DNA from: a virus
DNA: 64,000 bases
Direction: 5' to 3' (one strand)
Virus record (IMG/VR): IMGVR_UViG_3300027741_000022
Location: 64,001-128,000 of that record
Part shown: piece by piece, positions 38,920 to 47,439 of the stretch
Position numbering within the stretch: the stretch's first letter is position 1
How the letters are laid out: the number at the start of each line of letters is the position of its first letter
Program-made: the position numbers and the translations under genes
The notes under the pieces: generated by a model
Told to the model about the DNA's origin: nothing
Database searches by the model: none
The model's input: the letters and a program-made list of their open reading frames with translations, nothing else

Positions 38920-39198
38920 TGCCCGATAGCTTAACTGGTAGAGCAAGGGATTTTGTTAAAAACAGGATGCTCTAAGAGAAATTTTAGAAGTAGAATTGCT
39001 TAAATTCGGTGAAAGCTTTAAAATGCCAATACCGAGCCAAGCCTAAGAAAAATCTTAGGAAGGTGTAGAGACTTAACAGGCAACACCTAAAGCTAACGCC
39101 ATGGTGAAGATAAAGTCCAGACCACAAACAGCAATGGTAGTGAAAACTATAGTGGTAAGTGGTTCCCTAGGTTAGAGGTTCGACTCCTCTTCGGGCAT
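38920..39198 (+). tRNA. trnQ: tRNA-Gln(UUG) interrupted by a group I intron
   Basis: Acceptor TGCCCGA/TCGGGCA; spliced loop TT-TTG-GT in stem AGGGA/TCCCT. Confidence 0.8.
38954..39159 (+). mobile_element. group I intron (IC3-like, 206 nt, no ORF)
   Basis: AAATTCGGTGAA, AATACCGAGCCAAGCC, GGTGTAGAGACT, AAAGTCCAGAC core; U34-G wobble in P1; terminal G. Confidence 0.88.
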
Positions 39199-39214
39199 TT
39201 TTAAAATAACCCCC

Positions 39215-39421
39215 ATGACCCTCCAAGACATAACTTCCGATTTAATTGAACACCTTCAGCAAACCACCAAATTGCCTGCCGGTTGCGATTTAAGCGACTT
39301 GGGCAATGAAATTGGTATTGCTATTGGCAAACACATAAACAAAGATAAAATGGGCTACGAATTAGATTCTTTTATAGCCGGAATCAAGCACGGTGTTAGT
39401 CTGGTTGACGGGACGCACTAG
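39215..39421 (+). CDS. hypothetical protein
   Basis: ORF. Confidence 0.5.
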   Translation: MTLQDITSDLIEHLQQTTKLPAGCDLSDLGNEIGIAIGKHINKDKMGYELDSFIAGIKHGVSLVDGTH

Positions 39422-39534
39422 CAGACGAAGCAGAACAGCGTAGGACGGGCGACAGCAACCGGGGCGGGATTATGGATGCCCGCCGGATCATGCCCACAGA
39501 CGGCAAGCAGGGCGTTTTAATAATAGGTATTAAC

Positions 39535-39723
39535 ATGATTAAAATTGGATACATGTGCAAAACAGATTATGAGCATGAATTGGGCTCTGCTGTTGGTGGA
39601 GTTATTGTTTATACTTCAATAGAAGATTTGAAAGAACATAAAAAATGTTGGCAAGATTGCGGTATAGTTGAAGTTTTGGTAGAATTGAATCTTCAAGTCA
39701 CAAAAGAAAAAGAAGATGAATAA
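39535..39723 (+). CDS. hypothetical protein
   Basis: ORF. Confidence 0.55.
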   Translation: MIKIGYMCKTDYEHELGSAVGGVIVYTSIEDLKEHKKCWQDCGIVEVLVELNLQVTKEKEDE

Positions 39724-40165
39724 TTCGTTTCTACTGATATTTTTACTTTTAACAAACATTTCATTTGCTGAAGACTATGTTCTTCTTAATATTGATGTAG
39801 AAATTGATGCTGATCAAGAATATGTTGATCTGCCAGCTATCTCAAAGCAGAGTGAAAAAACTGAAAATCATATTGGATATGGAATCCATTTAGATGAATG
39901 GAATGTTAAAAACTACATCTCAAGAATTCACTTCAAAGAAAAACTTAAAAGTGATTCAATAATTAAAAAGAATACTCTTATTGTTTTGAATGGCAAACAC
40001 GAAGTTGAAAAAACAATTGATGGAACATTTGCACACAAATTTTTCGTAAAAGAACCAAAAGAGATAGAGTATATTGCCTGTGGAGTCTATATTGACTATT
40101 ATAGAGATTTGCTGGGAGAAAAAGTAAGGTTGGTTGGTAGATCGTTTCCAGAGAATTATCGATGA
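39716..40165 (+). CDS. putative secreted protein
   Basis: N-terminal signal peptide-like segment. Confidence 0.55.
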   Translation: MNNSFLLIFLLLTNISFAEDYVLLNIDVEIDADQEYVDLPAISKQSEKTENHIGYGIHLDEWNVKNYISRIHFKEKLKSDSIIKKNTLIVLNGKHEVEKTIDGTFAHKFFVKEPKEIEYIACGVYIDYYRDLLGEKVRLVGRSFPENYR

Positions 40166-40761
40166 TAACTTTAATTGGCGATTTGCATGGTAAGTATAAA
40201 CGTTACCATGAAATAATCAGAGAAAAAGATCGCCACCCTTATACAATTCAATTGGGGGACTTTGGATTCGACTACAGCACGTTAGATAATGTTGATCCAA
40301 AAAATCATAAGTTCATTGGTGGCAACCATGATAATTATGATAAAGTCAATGCTGTTTCTCATTATCTCGGAGATTTTGGTTATACAACTTTAAACGATGT
40401 TGACTTTTTCTATTATAGGGGTGCATGGAGCATCGATCAGATATATCGCACAATAGGCATAGACTGGTGGGAGCAAGAACAAGTTAATATAGAGGGCTTT
40501 ATGAAGGCAAGAGAACTCTATCGACAAATAAAGCCAGACATTGTATTAACTCATGATTGTCCTGAAAGTGTTACTCCTTATCTTTTGCCTCCCGGTAGTA
40601 GAATATTTCAACAAAATACTGGCTGGGCTTTGCAAGAGCTATTTAATATTCATCAGCCAAAGATTTGGCGGTTTGGTCATTATCACAAAAGTTGGCAAAT
40701 GAATATTAGTGGTACAGATTTTAGATGTTTAAATGAGTTGGAAACAGAGGTGATCAGTTAA
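40162..40761 (+). CDS. metallophosphoesterase
   Basis: IGDLHG, LGDFG, GGNHD, THDCP, FGHYH. Confidence 0.85.
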   Translation: MITLIGDLHGKYKRYHEIIREKDRHPYTIQLGDFGFDYSTLDNVDPKNHKFIGGNHDNYDKVNAVSHYLGDFGYTTLNDVDFFYYRGAWSIDQIYRTIGIDWWEQEQVNIEGFMKARELYRQIKPDIVLTHDCPESVTPYLLPPGSRIFQQNTGWALQELFNIHQPKIWRFGHYHKSWQMNISGTDFRCLNELETEVIS

Positions 40762-40980
40762 GCCGAAAGGTTCTTGGTCGCGGGTATCCAAGATTAAATT
40801 AACTTCCGTAAAGTTTCGCAGGGTTTCTATAAGATTGAAACGCTGTTTTAGTTTTTAAATAGGAGTTATTATGATTAGTAGAGAAGCAATTATCTGGACT
40901 GTCGGAGCATGGTTTGGCGGTAGTCTTGTGGGTCTAGTTATGTCTATGATGTTCTCAATCATCATATCAAGGATGCAACG

Positions 40981-41175
40981 ATGACTAACGAAGACAAACA
41001 AGACTGTCTTACTTTACTAAAAGAAATAAAAGATGCTTGTAAGGTGCTCATAAAAAATAAAGATAAAGCTAATGATACCGATATACAATCATTTGCTTAC
41101 GCCATAGATCAATCTGTTGATGTTCTTGTTGAGATTATTGAAAATAAACCTTTACATATTGAAAAAATGCTCTAG
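40981..41175 (+). CDS. hypothetical protein
   Basis: ORF. Confidence 0.5.
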   Translation: MTNEDKQDCLTLLKEIKDACKVLIKNKDKANDTDIQSFAYAIDQSVDVLVEIIENKPLHIEKML

Positions 41176-41260
41176 AACAAAAAACTTTACCGCTCGGGAC
41201 ATTTTCAATGATTTTTGCCAAAAATAACCAAAATATTCCCGCTCGGGAAAGAAAATAAAT

Positions 41261-41503
41261 ATGCCTTGGACACACAGAATAATTAAAAAGACTGAGATGA
41301 GAGAGTATCTTGAAAACTCAATCACCACATATGGTGTTCATCAAGTATATATTGATGAAAACGGAGACATATCAAGAATAGAAGATAACCCGATGCCTAT
41401 TTTTGATGAAAGCGTAGATAATCTTAAAGAAACTATTGAGAAAATTCAAGATTGTTTAAAAAAGCCTGTTATCGACTACGTTACTGGAAAGGAAATCCAA
41501 TGA
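41261..41503 (+). CDS. hypothetical protein
   Basis: ORF. Confidence 0.6.
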   Translation: MPWTHRIIKKTEMREYLENSITTYGVHQVYIDENGDISRIEDNPMPIFDESVDNLKETIEKIQDCLKKPVIDYVTGKEIQ

Positions 41504-41748
41504 AGAAAATCATTTTTTTAATAGTTTGCTTGCTATCTGTTTCAGTAAGCTGCGCGTGGTACGCTGTTCGACAAGATTCAATTCCAAAGATTGTTTCAAA
41601 ATCTGATGGTGCAGTTCCAATGGACAGTCCAAGAAAAAGCACAAGAATGGTAACTGTTCAACATGATGGACATTGGTTTTTAGTTCTTGGAGAACATTTT
41701 ACGCACCACATTGATTGCCCTTGTAAAAAAGCACTTGAAAAAGAGTGA
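41500..41748 (+). CDS. small secreted protein
   Basis: Signal peptide; C-term HHIDCPC. Confidence 0.55.
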   Translation: MKKIIFLIVCLLSVSVSCAWYAVRQDSIPKIVSKSDGAVPMDSPRKSTRMVTVQHDGHWFLVLGEHFTHHIDCPCKKALEKE

Positions 41749-41785
41749 GGGTAGCCAACTATTACATTAGCTACCCTCACTTTTA
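41744..41785. terminator. probable bidirectional terminator
   Basis: AGTGAGGGTAGC / GCTACCCTCACT between convergent units. Confidence 0.75.
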
Positions 41786-41789
41786 TATG

Positions 41790-41926
41790 CTGACGAAACA
41801 GGTTTCGAACCTGTAACCTAGCGGTTATTCCACTGTTGGGAATTGAACCCAATAAATATCCAGCTTTTTGAGCTTCAATTCAGTGGCTTTGTACAGCCGC
41901 TCGCTCTACCGTTGAGCTATTCGCCA
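41790..41926 (-). tRNA. trnN: tRNA-Asn(GUU) with a 65-nt insertion in the anticodon loop
   Basis: Acceptor TGGCGAA/TTCGTCA, G73, D arm GCTC-AACGGTA-GAGC, stem AGCGG/CCGCT; CTGT+TAA rejoins to CT-GTT-AA. Confidence 0.75.
41828..41892 (-). other. tRNA-shaped insert or non-group-I intron inside tRNA-Asn
   Basis: Stem CCACTG/CAGTGG, hairpin AGCT-CAAAA-AGCT, T-arm TTGGG-TTCAATT-CCCAA. Confidence 0.7.
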
Positions 41927-42050
41927 GTGATAAAAGTATTATACCATAGCTTAGTTTAAAATCAACCGTTTTGCTGAAAAATTAGTTTTTGACAAAACAA
42001 AAATTTCTGGTATCCTCTTAGCACCCACTATTTTTTCCAAGGAGGGAAAA

Positions 42051-42377
42051 ATGACACGATGCCTTTGTTTGATAGATGATAAATGGATTGAAAGACTTTC
42101 TCCAAAGTTCTCAGAAGAAGAAAAGAAAATCTTGGACGATTGCTCAAGTTCTAATGATGAGAATAGAACTAAGGTAATCAAAGATTATAATGAAAGAGGA
42201 TCTCGTCCTGCCTCCTTAGAGGACATTAAAATAGCCCAAGAAGTCTACGATAAGAATAAAGTAATTGGCTCCGAGTTAATCATTGCTAATATCATCCTTC
42301 CAGGTTTACACGGAAGTATAAATTGTAAAGTTGGCAAAGATTATAAGGTGGTTAGGTTTTACGCCCACCTTCATTGA
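42051..42377 (+). CDS. hypothetical protein
   Basis: ORF with SD. Confidence 0.6.
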   Translation: MTRCLCLIDDKWIERLSPKFSEEEKKILDDCSSSNDENRTKVIKDYNERGSRPASLEDIKIAQEVYDKNKVIGSELIIANIILPGLHGSINCKVGKDYKVVRFYAHLH

Positions 42378-42430
42378 CAACCACCTCAGTTGATATTCCA
42401 TCTGTTTCTTAACTAACAAAGGACAACTAA

Positions 42431-42637
42431 ATGAAAATCACAATACTTATATCGACTTTAGTTTTACTTTTAGTCGCTTTTGTAGGTTACACATCAGTTC
42501 AAGCTAATCCTGAACCTGAGCCTATAAAAGTAGAGAAAGCTGATAAATCGAAATGTTTTTGTAACGGTTTGAGTTTACCTCAAGAACGTCAGTGTCCAAC
42601 AATGGATGATTTGGACAATGGAGTAATTTTGCGGTAA
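42431..42637 (+). CDS. small secreted protein
   Basis: Signal peptide. Confidence 0.55.
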   Translation: MKITILISTLVLLLVAFVGYTSVQANPEPEPIKVEKADKSKCFCNGLSLPQERQCPTMDDLDNGVILR

Positions 42638-42715
42638 TAGATATGCCCGAATGTGGTGACGTTTTATAATTTTAGCCACTCAATATTTATTTTAAGACAC
42701 GTATATATCGTGTAT

Positions 42716-43462
42716 ATGGGAAAAATTATTAAATTTAAAGAATGGCTAAACGAAAGCCCCCTACAACACTACGGTTATGATTTTCACTCTGAGAACGACC
42801 CAGATGAAGGGTTTTTTAAAGATAAAGCTCAATCCAATAATGATGGTGCTGGCGATGAGTGGGATAAATTTAGTAAAAGAGACAAAATACTCATTTCTCA
42901 CCCCAAAACACTCAAAACGCTAGAAGATAAACTTAGAAAAAGCAGTTTTAACTTTATCATATTACTTATTGAACAACCATTAAGTAAAATCTACAACTAC
43001 CGCAATCGGCGTTCGGAATATGTAAGTCAAATACAAGAGTATCTAAGTGATAATGATATCAACATACAAAATTCAATAGTTTTTGCTAAAGACTCAACAT
43101 CAGGACATTTATTAACTCCTTGGATGATTCTTCACACAATAGGGCACGCCTTAGCTGATTCTCCTTACTTTAGGGATGAGATACAAAATTTAGTATGGGA
43201 AATTGATGGATTATCAAAAGACAATGTAGGTAAAGTGTTTGCTTTTAAAAGTGCCAAAGAATATAAAATACCTAACAGAGTAGAGCTTATTAATGAAATA
43301 ATAGCAGAATTTTTATGGAGTGGAAAGATAAGGATAAATCCAGAAATAGTGTCTTTAGACTCTGCAGAAGAAATAAAGAGTAAAGTCTTAAAGTTAGAAG
43401 AAGAAATAAAGAAAAGTTTAAGTCTTTGTGTTGGTAAGATAATATATGATAAATTAAATTAG
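42716..43462 (+). CDS. hypothetical protein with an FKEWLNE N-terminus
   Basis: MGKIIKFKEWLNES; ILHTIGHA motif. Confidence 0.65.
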   Translation: MGKIIKFKEWLNESPLQHYGYDFHSENDPDEGFFKDKAQSNNDGAGDEWDKFSKRDKILISHPKTLKTLEDKLRKSSFNFIILLIEQPLSKIYNYRNRRSEYVSQIQEYLSDNDINIQNSIVFAKDSTSGHLLTPWMILHTIGHALADSPYFRDEIQNLVWEIDGLSKDNVGKVFAFKSAKEYKIPNRVELINEIIAEFLWSGKIRINPEIVSLDSAEEIKSKVLKLEEEIKKSLSLCVGKIIYDKLN

Positions 43463-43502
43463 GGTTAAGAGTAGATAAAATACACCACCCTAGAATATCT
43501 GC

Positions 43503-44216
43503 ATGGATTTTAAGCTATACTTAGAGATATCAGAAGAACTATTTAAAAACGCTTACTCTTTAGGCGAAATGCCAAGAGAAGAAGTTGAAAAGTTTCTTGA
43601 TAACAGAGGATTTGATTTCTCAACTAGAAGAGCTTTTACAACTTATTTTGGCTGGTCTGTGCCATGTAAAGAAGCTGTAGAAGCTATTAAAAAGTATGCC
43701 AGACAGCCAGTTTACGATGTTCTTGCAGGAAGTGGGTATTGGGCTAAGACGCTTAAAAAAGCTGGCATAAATGTAATAGCGTCAGATATTCATAAGATTA
43801 CTAGTAAGAATTATTACCATAGATCAAAAGAAGATCTACCAGATATTTCAAATTTAGTCAAACCTGAAAAAGAAAAAATACTCAGAAGGAATGCATTAAA
43901 AGTTGCGTATGACCTAAAAAGAGAAAGATTAAAAGGCGACGTTCTCATTAGCTGGCCACCCTATAAAGAACCATTTGCAACCGATATATTGGAAATGTTA
44001 CCAATAGGAAGTAGAGTTTTTTATATTGGCGAAGATATGGGCGGATGCACTGCTGACGCCAGCTTTCACCAATATCTTTGTGTGAACTTTGAACATCTTC
44101 ACACTGAAGATTTACCACAATTTCCTGGTATACATGATTACTTATCTGTTTATGAGAAAAAGCAAAATCTGCCAATAGATCCAAAGTATAGAGGCAAATA
44201 TTGGGTTGATGATTGA
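43503..44216 (+). CDS. class I SAM-dependent methyltransferase-like protein
   Basis: YDVLAGSGYW, IASD, ISWPPY. Confidence 0.7.
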   Translation: MDFKLYLEISEELFKNAYSLGEMPREEVEKFLDNRGFDFSTRRAFTTYFGWSVPCKEAVEAIKKYARQPVYDVLAGSGYWAKTLKKAGINVIASDIHKITSKNYYHRSKEDLPDISNLVKPEKEKILRRNALKVAYDLKRERLKGDVLISWPPYKEPFATDILEMLPIGSRVFYIGEDMGGCTADASFHQYLCVNFEHLHTEDLPQFPGIHDYLSVYEKKQNLPIDPKYRGKYWVDD

Positions 44217-44240
44217 CACCAAGTTTCCTCCCGGTACGCT
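44213..44240 (+). promoter_or_regulatory. repeated motif with a perfect -35 box
   Basis: TTGACACCAAGTTTCCTCCCGGTACGCT. Confidence 0.8.
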
Positions 44241-44260
44241 CTGCCGGTAAGAGGAAAACG

Positions 44261-44494
44261 ATGAAGAATAAATACGAACAGAGTGCTGTAACTCTTGGTG
44301 ATTGGAACATTTCGTTAGTCAATGATGAAGATGGGCATTTATCTGTATATTTGTCTCATAAAGACGGAACTGAAATTATTGACTGCCAAGCCGATATTGG
44401 CAATGAGTACGAGTGGGCAGAGCGGTTTACCACAGAAAAAATAGAAAAAGACTATAATTTAGAAAATAACGACGATTATGATGATGATGAGTAA
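44261..44494 (+). CDS. small acidic protein
   Basis: SD GAGG; D/E-rich. Confidence 0.65.
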   Translation: MKNKYEQSAVTLGDWNISLVNDEDGHLSVYLSHKDGTEIIDCQADIGNEYEWAERFTTEKIEKDYNLENNDDYDDDE

Positions 44495-44500
44495 AGGAGT

Positions 44501-44710
44501 TTGAATATGAAAAATTCTAAAGCGATCATCCCCAAGAATCTTATTGATGCTATTGATCGTTTGGTCGATAGTGGAGATGATGAAGGTTGTGAAGATTTGG
44601 TTGTTGTAGATAGGCAATGTTTTTTGGATTTAGTTGAGGTGTGTCATAATTTGGGTGTGGATCATATTTTAACCCACATCAAAGATGATGAAGATGAAGA
44701 CGACGAGTAA
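44501..44710 (+). CDS. small acidic protein
   Basis: SD AAGGAG; D/E-rich. Confidence 0.65.
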   Translation: MNMKNSKAIIPKNLIDAIDRLVDSGDDEGCEDLVVVDRQCFLDLVEVCHNLGVDHILTHIKDDEDEDDE

Positions 44711-44734
44711 TCAACAATAACAAGGAGAATATTT

Positions 44735-44989
44735 ATGCAAGATGAAAATCACTCTAAGAAACTTTATAGCGTTTTACATGCGTATGATGAAGGTGGGCAG
44801 TCTTTTACGGGTGAGATTGTAGATGCTAAATTTGCGAGCTACGAAGATGCGATGGATTTCATTCGTACAGCAGGCGTTGATGATGATGATGATGGTGACT
44901 TCGATTTAGATAACCAATATGTTTATATCATGACTCCAGATCATGAACTTATTCATATTACTTCGTATGATGTTAAAGAGAACAAGTAA
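44735..44989 (+). CDS. small acidic protein
   Basis: SD AAGGAG; D/E-rich. Confidence 0.65.
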   Translation: MQDENHSKKLYSVLHAYDEGGQSFTGEIVDAKFASYEDAMDFIRTAGVDDDDDGDFDLDNQYVYIMTPDHELIHITSYDVKENK

Positions 44990-45020
44990 TTAATTTATTT
45001 TTTAAACAAGGAGAATTATT

Positions 45021-45254
45021 ATGCACGATGATGATATGGAAAAGGATGAGGCAGTTTTTCAGGCTTTCTTGAAGGCTACTACAGATGCTCTTGATGACCA
45101 TAGCGGCGGATGTATTGATAAAATGATCAATGCGTTTAGCTCATTTGGTTTTAATGTTCAGCACACCAGGAATGAAGATGGCACTCATGGTGGTGCTTAT
45201 GTCAATGGTGATGAAGGTGTTCCGGAAATCTTTTTCAAGAAGAAGAAGAGGTAA
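45021..45254 (+). CDS. small acidic protein
   Basis: SD AAGGAG. Confidence 0.65.
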   Translation: MHDDDMEKDEAVFQAFLKATTDALDDHSGGCIDKMINAFSSFGFNVQHTRNEDGTHGGAYVNGDEGVPEIFFKKKKR

Positions 45255-45259
45255 TAATC

Positions 45260-45688
45260 ATGAGTAGAGATTTGTGTTATATTCCTGATTACATTCGGGA
45301 ATCTGCAAAAGATTTTGTGAAATCTTACAAAAAAGGTATTCCAGAAAGTGAGATTAAAGGTTATCTAAGAGAAGCAAATCATATCCTTAGCAATCTGTTG
45401 GCAGAAGCAAGGGAAGATGAGGATGAAGATGAGGAAGATGAGGATGAAGATGAGGATGAAGAAGAAGAAGTGCCTGCCAACAACGAAATGAAAGAGATTA
45501 TTGAAAAAATTGAAACAGAATTAAAGAATGCACAAGTAAAATTAAATCAAGCTTACACATACTCCAGAAATCATCCTTACCCTGGACCAAATTCTGGTAC
45601 TGCGGAGATTAGGATGTCTAGTGCACAAAATCGTGTCCATGCTATAGAGAGAAGGCTCTCAGAAGCAAGAAGGGGTAAAGTAGTTTAA
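45260..45688 (+). CDS. protein with a poly-D/E tract
   Basis: EDEDEDEEDEDEDEDEEEEV. Confidence 0.65.
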   Translation: MSRDLCYIPDYIRESAKDFVKSYKKGIPESEIKGYLREANHILSNLLAEAREDEDEDEEDEDEDEDEEEEVPANNEMKEIIEKIETELKNAQVKLNQAYTYSRNHPYPGPNSGTAEIRMSSAQNRVHAIERRLSEARRGKVV

Positions 45689-45689
45689 A

Positions 45690-46040
45690 ATGGAAGTCTT
45701 TAAGATCAACGACAACATTGAAGTTTCTGTAAACTTTTCGTTTGAACAAGAATCTGATTGTGAAACTGGTTATGTTCTGACTTCTAATGGTCCGGACACA
45801 GTTGATAACTGGTATACTTATTATTACATGCACAGTTTTGATGTTGTTAAAGTCTTGATTGATGGAAAAGAAATCAATGATTACACAAAAGAACTGAGCG
45901 AAGAACAGGTTAATTTCATTGACTCTGAGGTTACTAAGCACGGAGAAGGCTTAGCAGAAAATATGGCAGAAGAAATGGAATGTGATTATTGTGAGGAGCC
46001 AGATGATTGGCGACCAGACGGTTATTACGATGAACCGTGA
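45690..46040 (+). CDS. acidic protein
   Basis: ORF. Confidence 0.6.
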   Translation: MEVFKINDNIEVSVNFSFEQESDCETGYVLTSNGPDTVDNWYTYYYMHSFDVVKVLIDGKEINDYTKELSEEQVNFIDSEVTKHGEGLAENMAEEMECDYCEEPDDWRPDGYYDEP

Positions 46041-46043
46041 AAG

Positions 46044-46060
46044 TTTCCTCCCGGTACGCT
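46044..46060 (+). promoter_or_regulatory. repeated promoter-like motif
   Basis: TTTCCTCCCGGTACGCT. Confidence 0.75.
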
Positions 46061-46102
46061 GAGAGGGTGAGTCCGATTAAAAACACTAAGGAGCCTAAAG
46101 CT

Positions 46103-46390
46103 ATGAAAAAGACAAATAAAGCCGATCAGTGCGATCAGTATATGGATATGATGGGCGGATCTTATACTCAGATTACACCAACTACTAAAACTAAGCCTAT
46201 GACCCCTGTTGTTGATCTCGGACAGATGCTTGTGGCTTATGCTAAAGAAAGTGGACACCCTGCGGCTGTTATGGGTGCAAGAATGGCAGGCGAATTGCTC
46301 TTTCGCATTTCAGAGCGGGCTTGTGAATTGAAGGATGAGGTTTTGCTTGATGCTTTGCAGAAGCTCTGTCTTGTTGGTGAAAATAAGTAA
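46103..46390 (+). CDS. hypothetical protein
   Basis: SD AAGGAG. Confidence 0.65.
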   Translation: MKKTNKADQCDQYMDMMGGSYTQITPTTKTKPMTPVVDLGQMLVAYAKESGHPAAVMGARMAGELLFRISERACELKDEVLLDALQKLCLVGENK

Positions 46391-46396
46391 ATCCTT

Positions 46397-46762
46397 ATGT
46401 ATAAATCTAAAAAGCATTTTGATGTTGAGTGCATGAAGGATTTAACTTCTCTGGCAGTAGTTAATAAATTCTTGAAGGAAGATATTTCAAGAGAATTTGT
46501 TGTTAAACATCATGTAAGCGGATATAGAGTTACGCTTAGGGATAGCGATTATGGTGAAATAACTTTTGCCACCGCTTATCATAATGTGCCTATGGCGTCT
46601 GCAATGGTGGATTGTATTGAAAGATACAATGATGGTATTAATCGCAAGGAAAAGGAAAAGATTGAAAGCCTTGCAAGAAGGAAAAAGCAAATTCAAAAGG
46701 AACTTGAAGAAGTTTCAAGGGAACTGACTGCTATTACTTTGAATAAGTTTGAGAATGTGTGA
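46397..46762 (+). CDS. hypothetical protein
   Basis: ORF. Confidence 0.6.
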   Translation: MYKSKKHFDVECMKDLTSLAVVNKFLKEDISREFVVKHHVSGYRVTLRDSDYGEITFATAYHNVPMASAMVDCIERYNDGINRKEKEKIESLARRKKQIQKELEEVSRELTAITLNKFENV

Positions 46763-46775
46763 AAAAGGATTAAAA

Positions 46776-47003
46776 ATGAACGTTGATTTGGATGATTATG
46801 TTTCTTTGTCTGTTACTTTCACGGAAGGTAAGTCCCATTCTGGCGATGTGATTAAAGGAATGAGATTTCATCTTGCCGATGATAATTCTGGCGTAAAGTG
46901 GTATCCGACCAAGAAAGCTATTGGCAAGTTAATTACTGTTCTTAAGGAGCTTGAAGAACAGATGACAGATGATACTAATGCAGAATGCGATGATGAATCT
47001 TAA
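46776..47003 (+). CDS. hypothetical protein
   Basis: ORF. Confidence 0.55.
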   Translation: MNVDLDDYVSLSVTFTEGKSHSGDVIKGMRFHLADDNSGVKWYPTKKAIGKLITVLKELEEQMTDDTNAECDDES

Positions 47004-47024
47004 AGAAGGCGAACCAAAAGGAAT

Positions 47025-47052
47025 TTGACACCAAGTTTCCTCCCGGTACGCT
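47025..47052 (+). promoter_or_regulatory. repeated motif with a perfect -35 box
   Basis: 28 nt identical to 44213-44240. Confidence 0.8.
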
Positions 47053-47097
47053 TGTGGTGAGAAGGAAACTCCCGGTGCAAAGGTCGAAGAAACCGTT

Positions 47098-47439
47098 ATG
47101 AATACTCTTGATGGCGTTTATATTTTGATTCAAAAAGGCAAGCCTGTATTTTGGAAACAAAAAGGACCGAATGGAAAAGATGTGTCTGGCTTAGTGATTG
47201 CTTTGACACATCAAGATGCAAAAAAGTGGAGCGATTGGTTTTACGAAAGACACAATCAAAGAATTAGCCCGTACCTTATGGGATCATCCTCTGAGAACTT
47301 CAATATAAGTCTCGCAGAGTTTTCAGCCCATGATTTGGGGGAAAGACTTGATGTTGTTTTTGTTTTAAATTACGAAGAAGATAAGCCAAGGTTTTGGTTC
47401 GTACCACCCGAGCAGCTTCCTGAAATTTTAGATAATTAA
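47098..47439 (+). CDS. hypothetical protein
   Basis: ORF. Confidence 0.6.
   Translation: MNTLDGVYILIQKGKPVFWKQKGPNGKDVSGLVIALTHQDAKKWSDWFYERHNQRISPYLMGSSSENFNISLAEFSAHDLGERLDVVFVLNYEEDKPRFWFVPPEQLPEILDN

Noticed and set aside
40574-41566. Extra motif copies at about 40590 (CCTCCCGGTA) and about 41558 (GGTACGCT)
   Set aside because: Partial matches inside coding regions; not counted.
41828-41892. Group I/II intron or canonical BHB intron in tRNA-Asn
   Set aside because: Only 65 nt, no catalytic core, no terminal G, and the junctions do not form a 3-4-3 bulge-helix-bulge.
47007-47030. Orphan TIGR-like unit (GCGAACCA..ATTTGACA)
   Set aside because: The spacing is wrong, there is no second unit, and it is explained by the -35 box.
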